This document shows positions 1 through 12,068 of a stretch of 64,000 nucleotides of DNA, in pieces. The notes under the pieces were generated by a model. The model was not told the DNA's origin. It worked only from the letters and a program-made list of their open reading frames with translations, and ran no database searches. Made by a program: the position numbers and the translations under genes. The DNA comes from Octopus bimaculoides (taxonomy: Eukaryota), in contig NC_068987.1 in assembly GCF_001194135.2 (NCBI RefSeq), forward strand, positions 49,105,533-49,169,532, given 5' to 3'. The first letter of the stretch is position 1; every line of letters begins with the position of its first letter.

Positions 1-34
<34 letters not shown>

Positions 35-35
<1 letters not shown>

Positions 36-172
36 CTGGTCTTATTTGTGCCTCCTGCTGTGATGTGGGTCCTCTGGTATCTTAGATGAAAATCTATCCA
101 GACCATCTTTGAAAACTTCCACATCTACACCTTGCAAATTTCTGAAGTTGTTTGGTAGAATGTTGAACAGTT
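35..172 (-). mobile_element. 3' end fragment of a CR1/L2-like LINE ORF2
   Basis: Minus strand reads LFNILPNNFRNLQGVDVEVFKDGLDRF..., resembling the WN.LP...FK..LD C-terminal motif of CR1/L2-group ORF2. Confidence 0.5.
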
Positions 173-301
173 ATATTTTATTTTATATTTTATTTCTACT
201 TTCATTCTCTTATTTCCCTCTACACTCTCTATCTCCTCCTTTTCCATAATAATTCTTTATTTCGAACTCAAATATTTACTTCTATATAACCATCTCACAT
301 C

Positions 302-349
302 GTCTCTGATGAAAGGATATCCATAATATCCCAGAAACAGCTGTAAGAC
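302..349 (+). ncRNA. Minimal type I hammerhead ribozyme motif (Penelope-like element associated)
   Basis: GTCT-CTGATGA-aa GGATAT ccata ATATCC ca-GAAA-CAGCTG-TA-AGAC. Stem I is GTCT/AGAC, stem II is 6 bp, stem III is the palindrome ACAGCTGT and the cleavage triplet is GUA. Confidence 0.65.
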
Positions 350-427
350 TATATCTGTATCTTTTTCCTTATAAATGTCCTGAAAACTCTTCACAGCCTT
401 GGTTTTGTTATCTCATTTTGTCTAATA

Positions 428-472
<45 letters not shown>

Positions 473-919
473 NNNNNNNNNNNNNNNNNNNNNNNNNNNN
501 NNNNNNNNNNNNNNNNNNNNNNNNNNNNNNNNNNNNNNNNNNNNNNNNNNNNNNNNNNNNNNNNNNNNNNNNNNNNNNNNNNNNNNNNNNNNNNNNNNNN
601 NNNNNNNNNNNNNNNNNNNNNNNNNNNNNNNNNNNNNNNNNNNNNNNNNNNNNNNNNNNNNNNNNNNNNNNNNNNNNNNNNNNNNNNNNNNNNNNNNNNN
701 NNNNNNNNNNNNNNNNNNNNNNNNNNNNNNNNNNNNNNNNNNNNNNNNNNNNNNNNNNNNNNNNNNNNNNNNNNNNNNNNNNNNNNNNNNNNNNNNNNNN
801 NNNNNNNNNNNNNNNNNNNNNNNNNNNNNNNNNNNNNNNNNNNNNNNNNNNNNNNNNNNNNNNNNNNNNNNNNNNNNNNNNNNNNNNNNNNNNNNNNNNN
901 NNNNNNNNNNNNNNNNNNN

Positions 920-1292
920 CACGCACAGCACATTTCCAAAGGTCTCGGTCAGTAGTCATCGCCTCGGTGAGGCCCAATGTACGAAGGTCTTGCCTCACCA
1001 CCTCAGCCCAGGTCTTCCTGGGCCTACCTCTTCCACGGGTTCCCTCAACTGTTAGGGTGTGGCACATTTTCACGCAGCTATCCTCCTCCATTCTCACCAC
1101 ATGTCCATACCAGCGCAATCGTCTCTCTTGCACGCCACAACTGATGCTTCTAATGTTCAGCTTTTCTCTCAAGATACTTACACTCTGACGGGTATTCACA
1201 TTGACATTACACATCCAACGGAGCATACTGGCTTCATTCCTTGCGAGCTTACGTATGTCCTCAGCAGTTACAGCCCATGTTTCACTACCATA
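920..1292 (-). mobile_element. RTE-clade LINE, C-terminal ORF fragment (relatively young copy)
   Basis: Open frame YGSETW...RRLRWYGHVVRM...GRGRPRKTW...DL, diagnostic of the RTE ORF C-terminus; runs into the N-gap. Confidence 0.9.
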
Positions 1293-1794
1293 TATATATA
1301 TACAGAGAGAGAGAGAGAGATACATACACACATGTAAATATATGTGTGTATATGTATATGCACACACACACACACAAACATTTACATACAAAGACAAACA
1401 CATTCATTCTTAATAGGTCCTGGCAGATTTAAACATGAATACTTTAATTGCTGTTGTATTTTGTCATTGGTGAATAACTTCTCCTTTCAGGCAAATGTGA
1501 GTTCATAACATACTTGGTTCAAATAGACCAACAGGATTTCGAGACACCCAGTGTTTTGACTTGTTGAGTCTACTCAGCCAAAGCCACTCAGGAATAATGA
1601 ATTTAACAAAAGTTTTTGGTTCTTGTTTATGAGTGCACATTAGTCTGAATGGAGAAGTGGTCCTCCAATGACGAAATGCTACACTGATTAGCATAATTTA
1701 TGTTCAAATCTATCAGAATATATTAAGAATGAATATTTATGTCATTTTTCTGATTCACACTGTTCACATATATTTACATGTGTATATGTGTAGG

Positions 1795-1952
1795 GGTAGG
1801 TACAGCAGTATGATTAAGAAGCTTGTTTCCCATGTGGTTTTGGGTTCAGTTCTACTGCACAGCATCTTGCCCAATTGTCTTCAACTACAGTCCTGGGTCG
1901 ATCAAATCATTGTGAAGGGATTTGATAGACAAAAACTGAAAGAAGCCCATTG
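1795..1952 (+). mobile_element. tRNA-type SINE family A, degraded left half
   Basis: GGTTCAGT B-box-like motif and the AACTGAAAGAAGCCC motif shared with more than 10 other copies in the window. Confidence 0.7.
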
Positions 1953-1956
1953 TATG

Positions 1957-2207
1957 TCATCATCATCATCGTCATTTAACGTCCGCTTTCCATGCTAGCA
2001 TGGGTTGGACTATTTGACTGAGGACTGAAACCAGATGGCTACACCAGGCTCCAATCTGATTTGGAAGAGTTTCTACAGCTGGATGCCCTTCCTAATGCCA
2101 ACCACTCAGAGAGTGTAGTGGGTGCTTTTACGTGCCACAGGCACGAAGGCCAGTCAGGCGGTACTGGCAACGGCCACGCTCAAAATGGTGTATTTTATGT
2201 GCCACCC
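1957..2207 (-). mobile_element. RTE LINE 3' tail
   Basis: (CAT)n followed by TTTAACGTCCGCTTTCCATGCTAGCATGGGTTGGAC; the same sequence is contiguous with RTE ORF ends at 12770, 15605 and 44655. Confidence 0.85.
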
Positions 2208-2221
2208 ATATATATATGTAT

Positions 2222-2450
2222 ATATATATATATCTTTTATCTTTTACATATTCCAGTCATTAGACTGTGGCTATGCTGGGGCACAGCTGTAAAGAATTTT
2301 TAATTGAATGAATCAGCCCCAGTACTTATTCTTTCTAAGCCTGGTATTTCTTCTATCGGTTACTTTAGCTGAACCGCTAGATTACAGGGACGTAAACACA
2401 CTAATACAGATTGTCAAATGGTGGTCGGGAATAAATGCAGACACAGAGAG

Positions 2451-2490
<40 letters not shown>

Positions 2491-2620
2491 CAGGCTTCTT
2501 GTAGTTTCTGTCTGCAAGGTTTTGGATGACCTGAGGCTATGGTAGAAAGCATTTGCCCAAAGTGACATGGCAGAACCATGTGGCTGAGAAGCAAAGTTCT
2601 TACTACACAAACCACAACTA
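2222..2620 (-). mobile_element. SINE family A, full length with internal (CA)n
   Basis: Reverse complement of both halves of the copy at 11728-12068, separated by a microsatellite. Confidence 0.8.
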
Positions 2621-2624
2621 CACA

Positions 2625-3812
2625 AGTGAGACCTGTACAAGCCATGTACAGGGACGCTACTAGTAAGGTGAGGGTCGGCAACGAGTACAGTGAAGATTTC
2701 AGGGTACAAGTAGGAGTTCACCAAGGATCAGTCCTCAGTACCCTCTTGTTCATCATAGTCTTCCAGGCAATAATAGAAGAATTTAAAACAGACTTCCCCT
2801 GGGAGATCCTCTATGCTAATGACCTTGTCCTTATAGCTGAATCCCTACCAGAACTAGAGTAAAAGTTTCAGGTATGGACGCAAGGTCCAGGATTGAAGGG
2901 CCTTAGCGTTAATCAAGCAAAATTCAAAGTGAGTAGGAAGGCAGACAAAACACAAATGCCTTCCAGTAGATTGCCTGCTTGATCTGTAGAAACTCCATAA
3001 GATGTACCCAGTGTAAGCTATGGACATATAAAATGTGCAGCAATATCAGAGGAAGGCTAACAGGGAAAATAGATTTGTGTATGGAAGATGCACATGTACA
3101 ATAAGCACCGAAAATGTACAGCAAATAGACTCCAACAATTGTCAGTGGAGTAAGCTAGATGTAGTAGATAGCTTCCATTATCTAATTGACCAAGTTAGTA
3201 GTGGAGGTAACTGCTCCGAGAGCATAGCTATGAGAATAAGAAAAGGCTGGGCAAGGTTCAGAGAACTCCTGCCTCTGCTGGCAACAAAGGGCCTCTCCCT
3301 CAGTGTGAAAGACAGATGGTATGATGCTTGTGTGCAAATAGCTATGCTACACGGTAGTAAAACGTGGGCTGTAACAGATGAGGACATGTGTAGGCTTGAA
3401 AGAAATGAAGCTGTGGAAAGAAGTGCTGATCTCTAACTGTTGAGGGAACCTGTGGTGCAGGTAGACCCAGGAAGACATGAGACAAGGTGGTGAAGTGTGA
3501 TCTTCAAACTTAGGGCCTCACAGGGGCAATGGCAAGTGACTGAGACCTTTGGTGATATGCTGTGCTTGAGAAGACCCATCAAGCCAAGTGAAATCGTAGT
3601 CATGGTTCATGCTGGTCTCATGTAATTGGCACCCATGCTGGTGACACATAAAAGGCACCTTTTGAGCATTGGGCCTCACGGAGACAAAGAGGCTGATGCT
3701 GGTGGCACATAAAAGCACCCATTACACTCTCAGAGTGGTTGGCATTAGGAAGGGCATCTAGTCATAGAAACCATGCCAAATCAGACTAGAGTCTGGTGCA
3801 ACCTTCATGATG
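2625..3812 (+). mobile_element. Degenerate RTE LINE RT-to-3' tail fragment
   Basis: GVHQGSVLSTLLFIIV, EILYANDLVL (RT YADD region) and LHGSKTWAV, then the 3' tail ending in (GAT)n; multiple stops. Confidence 0.9.
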
Positions 3813-4714
3813 ATGATATATATGCGAGTGTGTATATATGTATGTATATATATATATATATNNNNNNNNNNNNNNNNNNNNNNNNNNNNNNNNNNNNNNN
3901 NNNNNNNNNNNNNNNNNNNNNNNNNNNNNNNNNNNNNNNNNNNNNNNNNNNNNNNNNNNNNNNNNNNNNNNNNNNNNNNNNNNNNNNNNNNNNNNNNNNN
4001 NNNNNNNNNNNNNNNNNNNNNNNNNNNNNNNNNNNNNNNNNNNNNNNNNNNNNNNNNNNNNNNNNNNNNNNNNNNNNNNNNNNNNNNNNNNNNNNNNNNN
4101 NNNNNNNNNNNNNNNNNNNNNNNNNNNNNNNNNNNNNNNNNNNNNNNNNNNNNNNNNNNNNNNNNNNNNNNNNNNNNNNNNNNNNNNNNNNNNNNNNNNN
4201 NNNNNNNNNNNNNNNNNNNNNNNNNNNNNNNNNNNNNNNNNNNNNNNNNNNNNNNNNNNNNNNNNNNNNNNNNNNNNNNNNNNNNNNNNNNNNNNNNNNN
4301 NNNNNNNNNNNNNNNNNNNNNNNNNNNNNNNNNNNNNNNNNNNNNNNNNNNNNNNNNNNNNNNNNNNNNNNNNNNNNNNNNNNNNNNNNNNNNNNNNNNN
4401 NNNNNNNNNNNNNNNNNNNNNNNNNNNNNNNNNNNNNNNNNTATATATATATATATATTTCGTTTTGGGATTTGGTTGGCAAGATTTTTTATGTAAATTG
4501 ATGTGTTGAAGCATATTCTGTTGTGTCTTTTGGGAGAGTCATTCTCCTTTAGTGCCTTATAATTTAACACACTCACCAGTAAAATTTCCACTTATTTCTT
4601 TTTTATTTTTCCAAAATTTTTGTTGTGTCTTGCAACCTTTTCAATACTCGTTGACTCTGTCTGTTACTCACACTGCATTCCTTTTTGTTTTTTTGTGCAC
4701 ATGTGGTGTAGATC

Positions 4715-4870
4715 AGTGTGTGTGTGCCTATACATACACACATGTATGTATGTATGCATGGGTGTGTATGCATGTATGTGTGTGTGCATATGTATCTATG
4801 TATATACATTTGTATGTGTGTATTCTGCATATTCATGTGTTTGCATGCCTATGGTGTTTGTGTACTTTTA

Positions 4871-4908
<38 letters not shown>

Positions 4909-4951
4909 TATGTGTGTATGTGTACTTCTGTCTCCTTGTGTGTGCATGTCT

Positions 4952-4984
<33 letters not shown>

Positions 4985-5335
4985 TGTGTATGTGTTTTGC
5001 AATTATGTATCGTGTTTGTATGTATGGATGTGCATCTCTATATGCATGGATGTGTGTCTCCATATGTGTCCTTGTGTGAAGTAAAGTGTGTGTGTATGTA
5101 TGGTCATGTGTTTCAGTCTTCATTTGCTTATGTGTGCTTGTTTGTTCAAATAACCTATGCAACTATCCGTCTGTATGTTGATCTATTTACTTTCATATCC
5201 ATATGCTTACATACCTGTGCATATACATATACATATTCATACACTCACCTGCATACACATACATACATCTATCTACATATATATGTATATACCTACACCT
5301 ACACTCACACACATACATCCATCCATCTATCTACA
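4715..5335. repeat. Compound (TG)n/(CA)n/(TATG)n microsatellite field
   Basis: Visible low-complexity dinucleotide and tetranucleotide repeats. Confidence 0.9.
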
Positions 5336-5747
5336 TAACAGCCCACTAACTATTCTACTCTACCTGTGTAAACTGTGGGTATGGGGGTATGATATCTACT
5401 ATGTATATTTCCTATTTAGTATAGGGAAGTTTCGTTTATGGGGACGTACTCCTGTATTTGTCTGAGTGTTGGGTCCTTTGGGTGCTTCATGCACTGCATG
5501 CAGTTCTCTGGATATGATCAGAAAGATAAAGTTCGAGTATACAGGGGTGGTAGAAAGAAATTAGATAACATATACACCAAAAGGACCCAACTGTTTTTTA
5601 TATCACCTATCACTAAACGCATGCACATAAGTGCAAATTACATGAAATATTCACACTTATTTATATGGCAGATATATGTAATTTAATTAAAGGTTGTATC
5701 ATATGTACAAGATATCTTTTCTGTTTATGGGGAAAATGGAAAAATAA

Positions 5748-5808
5748 GAGTGAATATTTATTTTATGAGTGAATATTTATTTTATGAGTGAATATTTATT
5801 TTATGAGT
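5748..5808. repeat. 19-bp tandem repeat x3.2
   Basis: GAGTGAATATTTATTTTAT repeated perfectly three times. Confidence 0.9.
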
Positions 5809-6324
5809 ACTGTGTACTAACTCTATAAAATTGTGCATAAATTATATGTATAAAGTGCATTAAATAATCATCATATTCCAATTTCTTTCACTTTTCAATG
5901 AGTAGCAGATGAGTGACTATCTTTCCATACAGACACAACACAGGCTACACTTTCAGGTTTTTTGGATAAAGTTTTCAAAAATAACCCAGTAGGTTTACCA
6001 TTAATTCCAAGAAGTATTCACAGGTCCCACTAGTAATGTATAATTGTATGTGTAGAAAAGTAAAAATATTCAGAGAATAAATTTTTCCTAGAAGCCATCA
6101 GTAAGGAAAAAAAAAAGAACACAATAGATTAGGATTAGCATAATCAAAGCAGAAAACATCAATAATTTAACTACAAGATAGGTAAAAAAGAAAGAGTATT
6201 AGTCACTGAGTATTGTTTGTTTTGTTTCTTTAGGTGTGTAGAGCAGAGAACTGAAGACATATATCAGTATACATACTCATTTGTTAACATAACCTTACAT
6301 TCTGATTTATTCATATTCTGGCAT

Positions 6325-6620
6325 ACTCATCATCATCATCATCATCTTCGTTTAACGTCCGCTTTCCATGCTAGCATGGGTTGGACGATTTGACTGAGGA
6401 CTGGTGAAACTGGATGGCAACACCAGGCTCCAATCTGATTTGGCAGAGTTTCTACAGCTGGATGCCCTTCCTAACGCCAACCACTCAGAGAGTGTAGTGG
6501 GTGCTTTTCCGTGTCACCCGCACAAAGGCCAGTCAGGCAGTACTGGCAACGGCCACGCTCAAAATGGTGTATTTTATGTGCCACCCGCACAAAAGCCAGT
6601 CCAGGGGTACTGGCAACGAT
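6325..6620 (-). mobile_element. RTE LINE 3' tail (2 copies of the 66-bp unit)
   Basis: Near-identical to 1957-2207. Confidence 0.85.
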
Positions 6621-7282
6621 GTAAATATATATATATATGTAAATATATATATATATATATATGTAAATNNNNNNNNNNNNNNNNNNNNNNNNNNNNNNNN
6701 NNNNNNNNNNNNNNNNNNNNNNNNNNNNNNNNNNNNNNNNNNNNNNNNNNNNNNNNNNNNNNNNNNNNNNNNNNNNNNNNNNNNNNNNNNNNNNNNNNNN
6801 NNNNNNNNNNNNNNNNNNNNNNNNNNNNNNNNNNNNNNNNNNNNNNNNNNNNNNNNNNNNNNNNNNNNNNNNNNNNNNNNNNNNNNNNNNNNNNNNNNNN
6901 NNNNNNNNNNNNNNNNNNNNNNNNNNNNNNNNNNNNNNNNNNNNNNNNNNNNNNNNNNNNNNNNNNNNNNNNNNNNNNNNNNNNNNNNNNNNNNNNNNNN
7001 NNNNNNNNNNNNNNNNNNNNNNNNNNNNTATATGTATATATATATATATGTAAATATATATATATGTAAATATATATCCCGATACACTCATTTACTCATA
7101 TCTTGACATACTCATTTGATTCTATTCTAACATATTTATTCACTCATATTATGACATACTCATTTAATCATTTATGATAAAGTCATCCACTCATTTTCTG
7201 ACATACTCATTTAATCATTTATGACATATTCATTTACTCTTATTCTGACATATTTATGTATATTATGATGAACTCATTTGCT

Positions 7283-7546
7283 CATATTCTGACATTCTCA
7301 TTTGGCACCCGTGCCAATGACATATTAGAGGCACTTCTGTCAGTGACATGTTAAAGGTACCCATGCCAGTGGCATGTAAAAGATACCCAGTACACTCCAT
7401 GGAGTGTTTGGCATTTGCAAGGGCATCTAGCCATAGAAACCAAGCCAAAACAGACTGGCGCCTAGTGCAGCTCTCCAGCTTACCGGTTCCAGGCAAACTG
7501 TCTAACTCATGCCAGCATGGAAAGCGGATGCTAAATGATGATGATG
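7283..7546 (+). mobile_element. RTE LINE 3' tail
   Basis: Reverse complement of the tail consensus, ending AAATGATGATGATG. Confidence 0.8.
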
Positions 7547-7589
7547 CACTCATTCATTTACATTCTGACATACTCATTTACTCTTATTG

Positions 7590-7835
7590 TGGAGGCATGT
7601 GGCTTAGTGGTTAGGGCATTGAACTCATGATTGTAAGATTGTAATCTTGATTCCTGGACCAAGCAACTAGTCATGTTCTTGAGCAAAACACTTCATTTCA
7701 CATTGCACCAGTCTACTCAGTTGGCAAAAATGAGTACTCCTGTGATGGACCAGCATTCTGTCTAGATGGGAAATATATACACCATGAAGCCAGTAAACCA
7801 GCCCTCATGAATTGGTATGACTCAAGAAGGTAACT
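7590..7835 (+). mobile_element. tRNA-derived SINE with a CORE-like central domain
   Basis: GTGGCTTAGTGGTTAG A-box, GATTCC B-box remnant and a CTTGAGCAAAACACTT...ACATTGC central motif. Confidence 0.6.
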
Positions 7836-8767
7836 TTTTAAACTTTATTTACTCTTATTCTAACATACTCATTCACTCATATTCTGACATACTTATTCAC
7901 TCATATTATGACATACTTATATACTTATATTCTGACAAGCTCATTCACTCATACACTGGCACATTCATTTACACATATGCCTAATCACTCTTAAAGTTAC
8001 AGCCATTTGAAATTCCTTCTCCTTCAACATTGTTCCTGTAAAAATCAAACCAAAAACAATTCAAATTCGTTTGCAATCTCAACAGAGTGGTCTGGGAGTT
8101 CCTCCAAAGGTCATTGGTATAGCTGCTGGGAAATCCTTCAAAAACCATTGCTGCTGCTGCTGCTGCTGCTGGGATGGTTCTCAAAGGTCATAGCCATTGC
8201 CATTTCTCTTCTCTCCTCTGAATAACAAATAAAATGACTACATATATTACTCTGCTGTACAGTGAGATATTGTGATGCAATGAGACACACTTTCATATTC
8301 ATACTTAGATTTACTGCCCTAAATACACATATGTGCATATTTAGATATACAGCTCCATGATATTTCATATGTACATATTTAGATATATAGCCCTATATAC
8401 ACGGACATGCATACTGAGATGTATTTTGTTTAATCTAACGCATGAGCACAACCTAAAGACTAAAACAGCTCTAAATTCAGATGTACTTTTCACTGTTTAA
8501 AGTTATTGTTCTATCAAATTACATATCCACTGGACAAAAACGTTGACATGAGTGACCTTGCAGGGAATTCCGTTACCTTACCATGCAACCATCCTCAACC
8601 AGTTAATTGATTGTATTCTCAACCACATTCTTTCTATAAAAACAAATGATTTTTACAACAGCTAGAAAAGACACCATTTTCAACACAGCTCCACATAATA
8701 TATTTTTGAAAATCAAATGTGAAACCAGTTAACTGCATGTATATATATATATATAAATATATATACA

Positions 8768-9143
8768 GGGACAGGAGTGGCTGTGTGGTAAGTAGCTTGC
8801 TTACCAACCTGCATGGCACCTTGGTGCCTTCTACTATAGCCTCGGGCCGACCAAAGCCTTGTGAGTGGATTTGGTAGATGGAAACTGAAAGAAGCCCGTC
8901 GTATATATGTATATATATGTATGTATCTATGTGTGTGTTTGTATGTCTGTGTTTGTTCCCACCAACATCGCTTGACAACCGATGCTGGTGTGTTTATGTC
9001 CCCGTCACTTAGTGGTTCGGCAAGAGAGACCGATAGAATAAGTACTAGGCTTACAAAGAATAAGTCCTGGGTTGATTTGCTCGACTAAAGGTGGTGCTCC
9101 AGCATGGCCGCAGTCAAATGACTGAAACAAATAAAAGAATGAA
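8768..9143 (+). mobile_element. SINE family A, nearly full length
   Basis: AGGAGTGGCTGTGTGGTAAGTAGCTTGC head, internal microsatellite, tail GCATGGCCGCAGTCAAATGACTGAAACAA; B-box region deleted. Confidence 0.85.
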
Positions 9144-9299
9144 AGAATATATATTCTAAAATTTAAATAAACTCCCATATATTCTCTGTGCATTTTCAAC
9201 TTCATTTATTTCTTCAGTATTACTACTTGTTTGGACTAGTAATGATCTTGATATTTATGTTTGTATGTATGTATGTATGTATGTATGTATGTATGTATG

Positions 9300-9338
<39 letters not shown>

Positions 9339-9401
9339 ATGTATATATGTAAGTAGGTAGGTAGGTAAGTAGGTAGGCATGTATGTATGTATGTATGTAT
9401 G

Positions 9402-9432
<31 letters not shown>

Positions 9433-9816
9433 GTAGGTAGGTAAGTAGGTAGGCATGTATGTATGTATGTATGTATGTATGTTGACCTTAGTGAAATTTG
9501 AACTTAGAACATAAAGACAAATGAAATGCTAAGGGTTGACAAAAATATTATGGATGATACAGTAAAAAGTATGTGATAAAGGAGAATAACAGTAACAAAG
9601 AAATGATAAATTCCAAACAATGAATAATTCCTCAAAATGGGGAGACCTTCAAGGGCTACCGGTAGAAACCCCACATAACCATGGTCACCCAAAGGCAAGT
9701 AATTTTTCAATGAACTTATTGTATACAGTATTTATATATATTACAACTCATCATAAAAGAGTAAAAGAGGGGGAAGAAAGCAGCAAGTAAAGAAAGATAG
9801 CCATGATAGTCAAAAG

Positions 9817-10172
9817 CAATATTTCCCAACCTATTTTCCCCCTGGTCCCACTATAGCTTTTCAGAAAAGTGTTCCCCACTGATGGTTGGAAAAAAACAAC
9901 TTCATGACTATATACTTTCCTTAAAGAAATATCCACACTAGGGTATTAGTGCTATACTGTGGCAAACAGTCTTCACACAATATGCTTAGCTGGAGGGATT
10001 GATTTGGCCAGGCTGAGTATAGGTGTAGTATGTTTGCTGTGAGAAAAAGATCTTCACAATTCTATGTTCTACCAAAAAAAGAGAAACAGAAAAATTTTGG
10101 ATCCCACACCCCACCACAATTTTCCCCAAGCCCCACCAGTGGGGTATATGCCCACCACATTGGTAATCACTG
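9817..10172. mobile_element. Possible hAT (Charlie-like) MITE
   Basis: Degenerate TIRs CAATATTTCCCAA and TTGGTAATCACTG. Confidence 0.35.
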
Positions 10173-11727
10173 GTCAAAAGTTGAATTTCATTGAAAATGA
10201 CATGTATCTATGAATGGGTGATCAACCTTATTGAAAAAGGTAGAAGAATTGTTGAAGTTGTTGTTAGTCAACCCCAGCAAAACTCTCATCAAATTAAATA
10301 TTCCAGCCATGACTTATCTCTCCGTGTTTTTTTCTTTTTTTCAGTATCAGTGTGTCTAGGAGGACATTATCCTATGTTCTTTTTTATTTNNNNNNNNNNN
10401 NNNNNNNNNNNNNNNNNNNNNNNNNNNNNNNNNNNNNNNNNNNNNNNNNNNNNNNNNNNNNNNNNNNNNNNNNNNNNNNNNNNNNNNNNNNNNNNNNNNN
10501 NNNNNNNNNNNNNNNNNNNNNNNNNNNNNNNNNNNNNNNNNNNNNNNNNNNNNNNNNNNNNNNNNNNNNNNNNNNNNNNNNNNNNNNNNNNNNNNNNNNN
10601 NNNNNNNNNNNNNNNNNNNNNNNNNNNNNNNNNNNNNNNNNNNNNNNNNNNNNNNNNNNNNNNNNNNNNNNNNNNNNNNNNNNNNNNNNNNNNNNNNNNN
10701 NNNNNNNNNNNNNNNNNNNNNNNNNNNNNNNNNNNNNNNNNNNNNNNNNNNNNNNNNNNNNNNNNNNNNNNNNNNNNNNNNNNNNNNNNNNNNNNNNNNN
10801 NNNNNNNNNNNNNNNNNNNNNNNNNNNNNNNNNNNNNNNNNNNNNNNNNNNNNNNNNNNNNNNNNNNNNNNNNNNNNNNNNNNNNNNNNNNNNNNNNNNN
10901 NNNNNNNNNNNNNNNNNNNNNNNNNNNNNNNNNNNNNNNNNNNNNNNNNNNNNNNNNNNNNNNNNNNNNNNNNNNNNNNNNNNNNNNNNNNNNNNNNNNN
11001 NNNNNNNNNNNNNNNNNNNNNNNNNNNNNNNNNNNNNNNNNNNNNNNNNNNNNNNNNNNNNNNNNNNNNNNNNNNNNNNNNNNNNNNNNNNNNNNNNNNN
11101 NNNNNNNNNNNNNNNNNNNNNNNNNNNNNNNNNNNNNNNNNNNNNNNNNNNNNNNNNNNNNNNNNNNNNNNNNNNNNNNNNNNNNNNNNNNNNNNNNNNN
11201 NNNNNNNNNNNTATATATATATTTATTTATTTATTATTTTATTTTTAATTCTCAAAGGTAAAAGCCCAACCCACACAGCTATGTGGGAAATTTCAAGCTG
11301 ATTTTGGAACCTTTCCATTCCTATGTTCCTGCTGCTTTCTGTGGTTATTTTGTTACTTGCAATATTCTATTAAGGAACCAATACTCCTCTCTTCTGCTAT
11401 TTTCATTTATAAATTATTTTGTCTGTGCTGGATACACACGCACACACACATACACATATACACATCACACACATACACACATACACACACATATACACAC
11501 ATTTATATATGTATCTGGGGGAGGATAATGTTGGTAAAAGTAAAAATTTTCTGAACATAACTCAAGCTCTATGTTTATGTCAGTGTTTCGATATGAGTGT
11601 ATATATTAACTTATTGAATACAGTGCTTAAATGTATACAACTTGCCAGAAAGGGTTTAAAGAGGAGACAGAAAGCAGCAATAAGCCAAGTAAAGAAAGTC
11701 ACCAATGATAGCTTGAAGTATATGCAC

Positions 11728-11891
11728 AGGCGCAGGAGTGGCTGTGTGGTAAGTAGCTTGCTTACCAACCATATGGTTCCGGGTTCAGTCCCACTGCATG
11801 GCATCTTGGGCAAGTGTCTTCTACTATAGCCTCGGGCCGACCAAAGCCTTGTGAGTGGATTTGGTGGACAGAAACTGAAAGAAGCCCGTCG

Positions 11892-11942
<51 letters not shown>

Positions 11943-12068
11943 TTGTGTGTCTGTGTTTGTCCCCCTAGCATTGCTTGACAACCGATGCTGGTGTGTTTAT
12001 GTCCCCGTCACTTAGCGGTTCGGCAAAAGAGACTGATAGAATAAGTACTAGGCTTACAAAGAATAAGA
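11728..12068 (+). mobile_element. SINE family A, young copy truncated by a gap
   Basis: GGCGCAGGAGTGGCTGTGTGG head, GGTTCAGTCCC B-box-like motif, internal (TA)/(TG) tract. Confidence 0.9.

Larger units (their letters stand above)
6270..7975. repeat. Degenerate ~24-bp minisatellite interrupted by retroelement insertions
   Basis: Recurrent unit ~TCTGACATACTCATTYACTCATAT at 6270-6325, 7081-7282, 7547-7589 and 7845-7975. Confidence 0.75.

Noticed and set aside
5440-5560. Open frames on both strands near 5.5 kb
   Set aside because: No recognisable homology and a weak donor; probably an old repeat.
6270-7975. CRISPR-like appearance of the 24-bp repeat and of the 66-bp RTE units
   Set aside because: Contiguous degenerate tandem units without unique spacers, eukaryotic context and no cas genes.
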